A DNA stretch of 64,000 nucleotides from Squalus acanthias (lineage: Eukaryota). Position 1 is the first letter of the stretch. The number at the start of each line of letters is the position of its first letter. Made by a program: the position numbers and the translations under genes. The stretch covers positions 19,408,001 through 19,472,000 of the forward strand of contig CM059433.1 of NCBI GenBank assembly GCA_030390025.1. The letters run 5' to 3'. This document shows positions 63,429 through 64,000 of the stretch, in pieces. The notes beneath the pieces are model-generated. The model was not told where the DNA came from and did no database searches. It saw only the letters and a program-made list of their open reading frames with translations.

Positions 63429-63458
63429 AATGTGATGCAAGCATGGGTCTTTGCACAT

Positions 63459-64000
63459 AGCCACATAAAAGGTTACTGCACAAGATAAGAGCTCACAGAA
63501 TTGGGGTAATGTATTAGCATGGATAGAGAATTGGTTAACTAACAGAAAGCAGAGAGTCGGGATAAATGGGTCATTTTCTGGTTGGCAAACGGTAACTAGT
63601 GGGGTGCCACAGGGATCGGTGCTGGGGCCTCAACTATTTACAATCTACATTAATAACTTGGATGAAGTGACCGAGTGTAATGTAGCCAAGTTTGCGGATG
63701 ATACAAAGATGGGTGGGAAAGCAAGTTGTGCAGAGGACTCAAAGAATCTGCAAAGGGATATAGACAGGCTAAGTGAGTGGGCAAACATTTGGCAGATGGA
63801 GTATAATGTGGGAAAGTGCAAGGTTATACACTTTGGCAGGAAAAATAAAAAAGCAAATTATTATTTAAATGGAGAGAGATTACAAAATGCTACAGTTCGG
63901 AGGGACCTGGGGGTCCTTGTGCATGAAACACAAAAAGTTAGCATGCAGGTACAGCAAGTAATCAAAAAGGCAAATGGAATGTTGGCCTTTATTTCAAGGG
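63459..64000 (+). mobile_element. CR1 RT fragment running off the window
   Basis: PHKRLLHKIRAH, SGVPQGSVLGP, KFADDTK. Confidence 0.92.

Overview
Vertebrate genomic DNA, very probably a cartilaginous fish (inferred from the repeat repertoire: CR1, L2, RTE, Penelope-like elements, Deu-type SINEs, Harbinger). The only recognisable host gene is the 5' end of microcephalin (MCPH1) on the minus strand. Its first coding exon (14527-14563, MASDCCKNAILQ) splices in frame to a 92-nt BRCT exon (12832-12923, [21 protein letters not shown]...), and a CpG-island promoter lies at about 19.95-20.27 kb. Directly upstream are nine tandem 24-bp GC-box units and an ~8.9-kb G-rich purine minisatellite with higher-order duplications; all long ORFs there are artefacts. 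The rest is nested transposons plus one tRNA-Cys pseudogene. Most interesting: (i) two TSD-flanked Penelope-type insertions with long inverted arms, each arm carrying a minimal hammerhead core with covarying stem I, one of them in MCPH1 intron 1; (ii) the GC-box VNTR and giant G-rich array at the promoter; (iii) a candidate 30-nt poison exon and a uORF/alternative-start switch in MCPH1; (iv) a Harbinger derivative keeping an open spliced Myb/SANT gene; (v) a twin-priming-like inverted RTE. Repeat boundaries without TSD support are approximate, and no searches were run.
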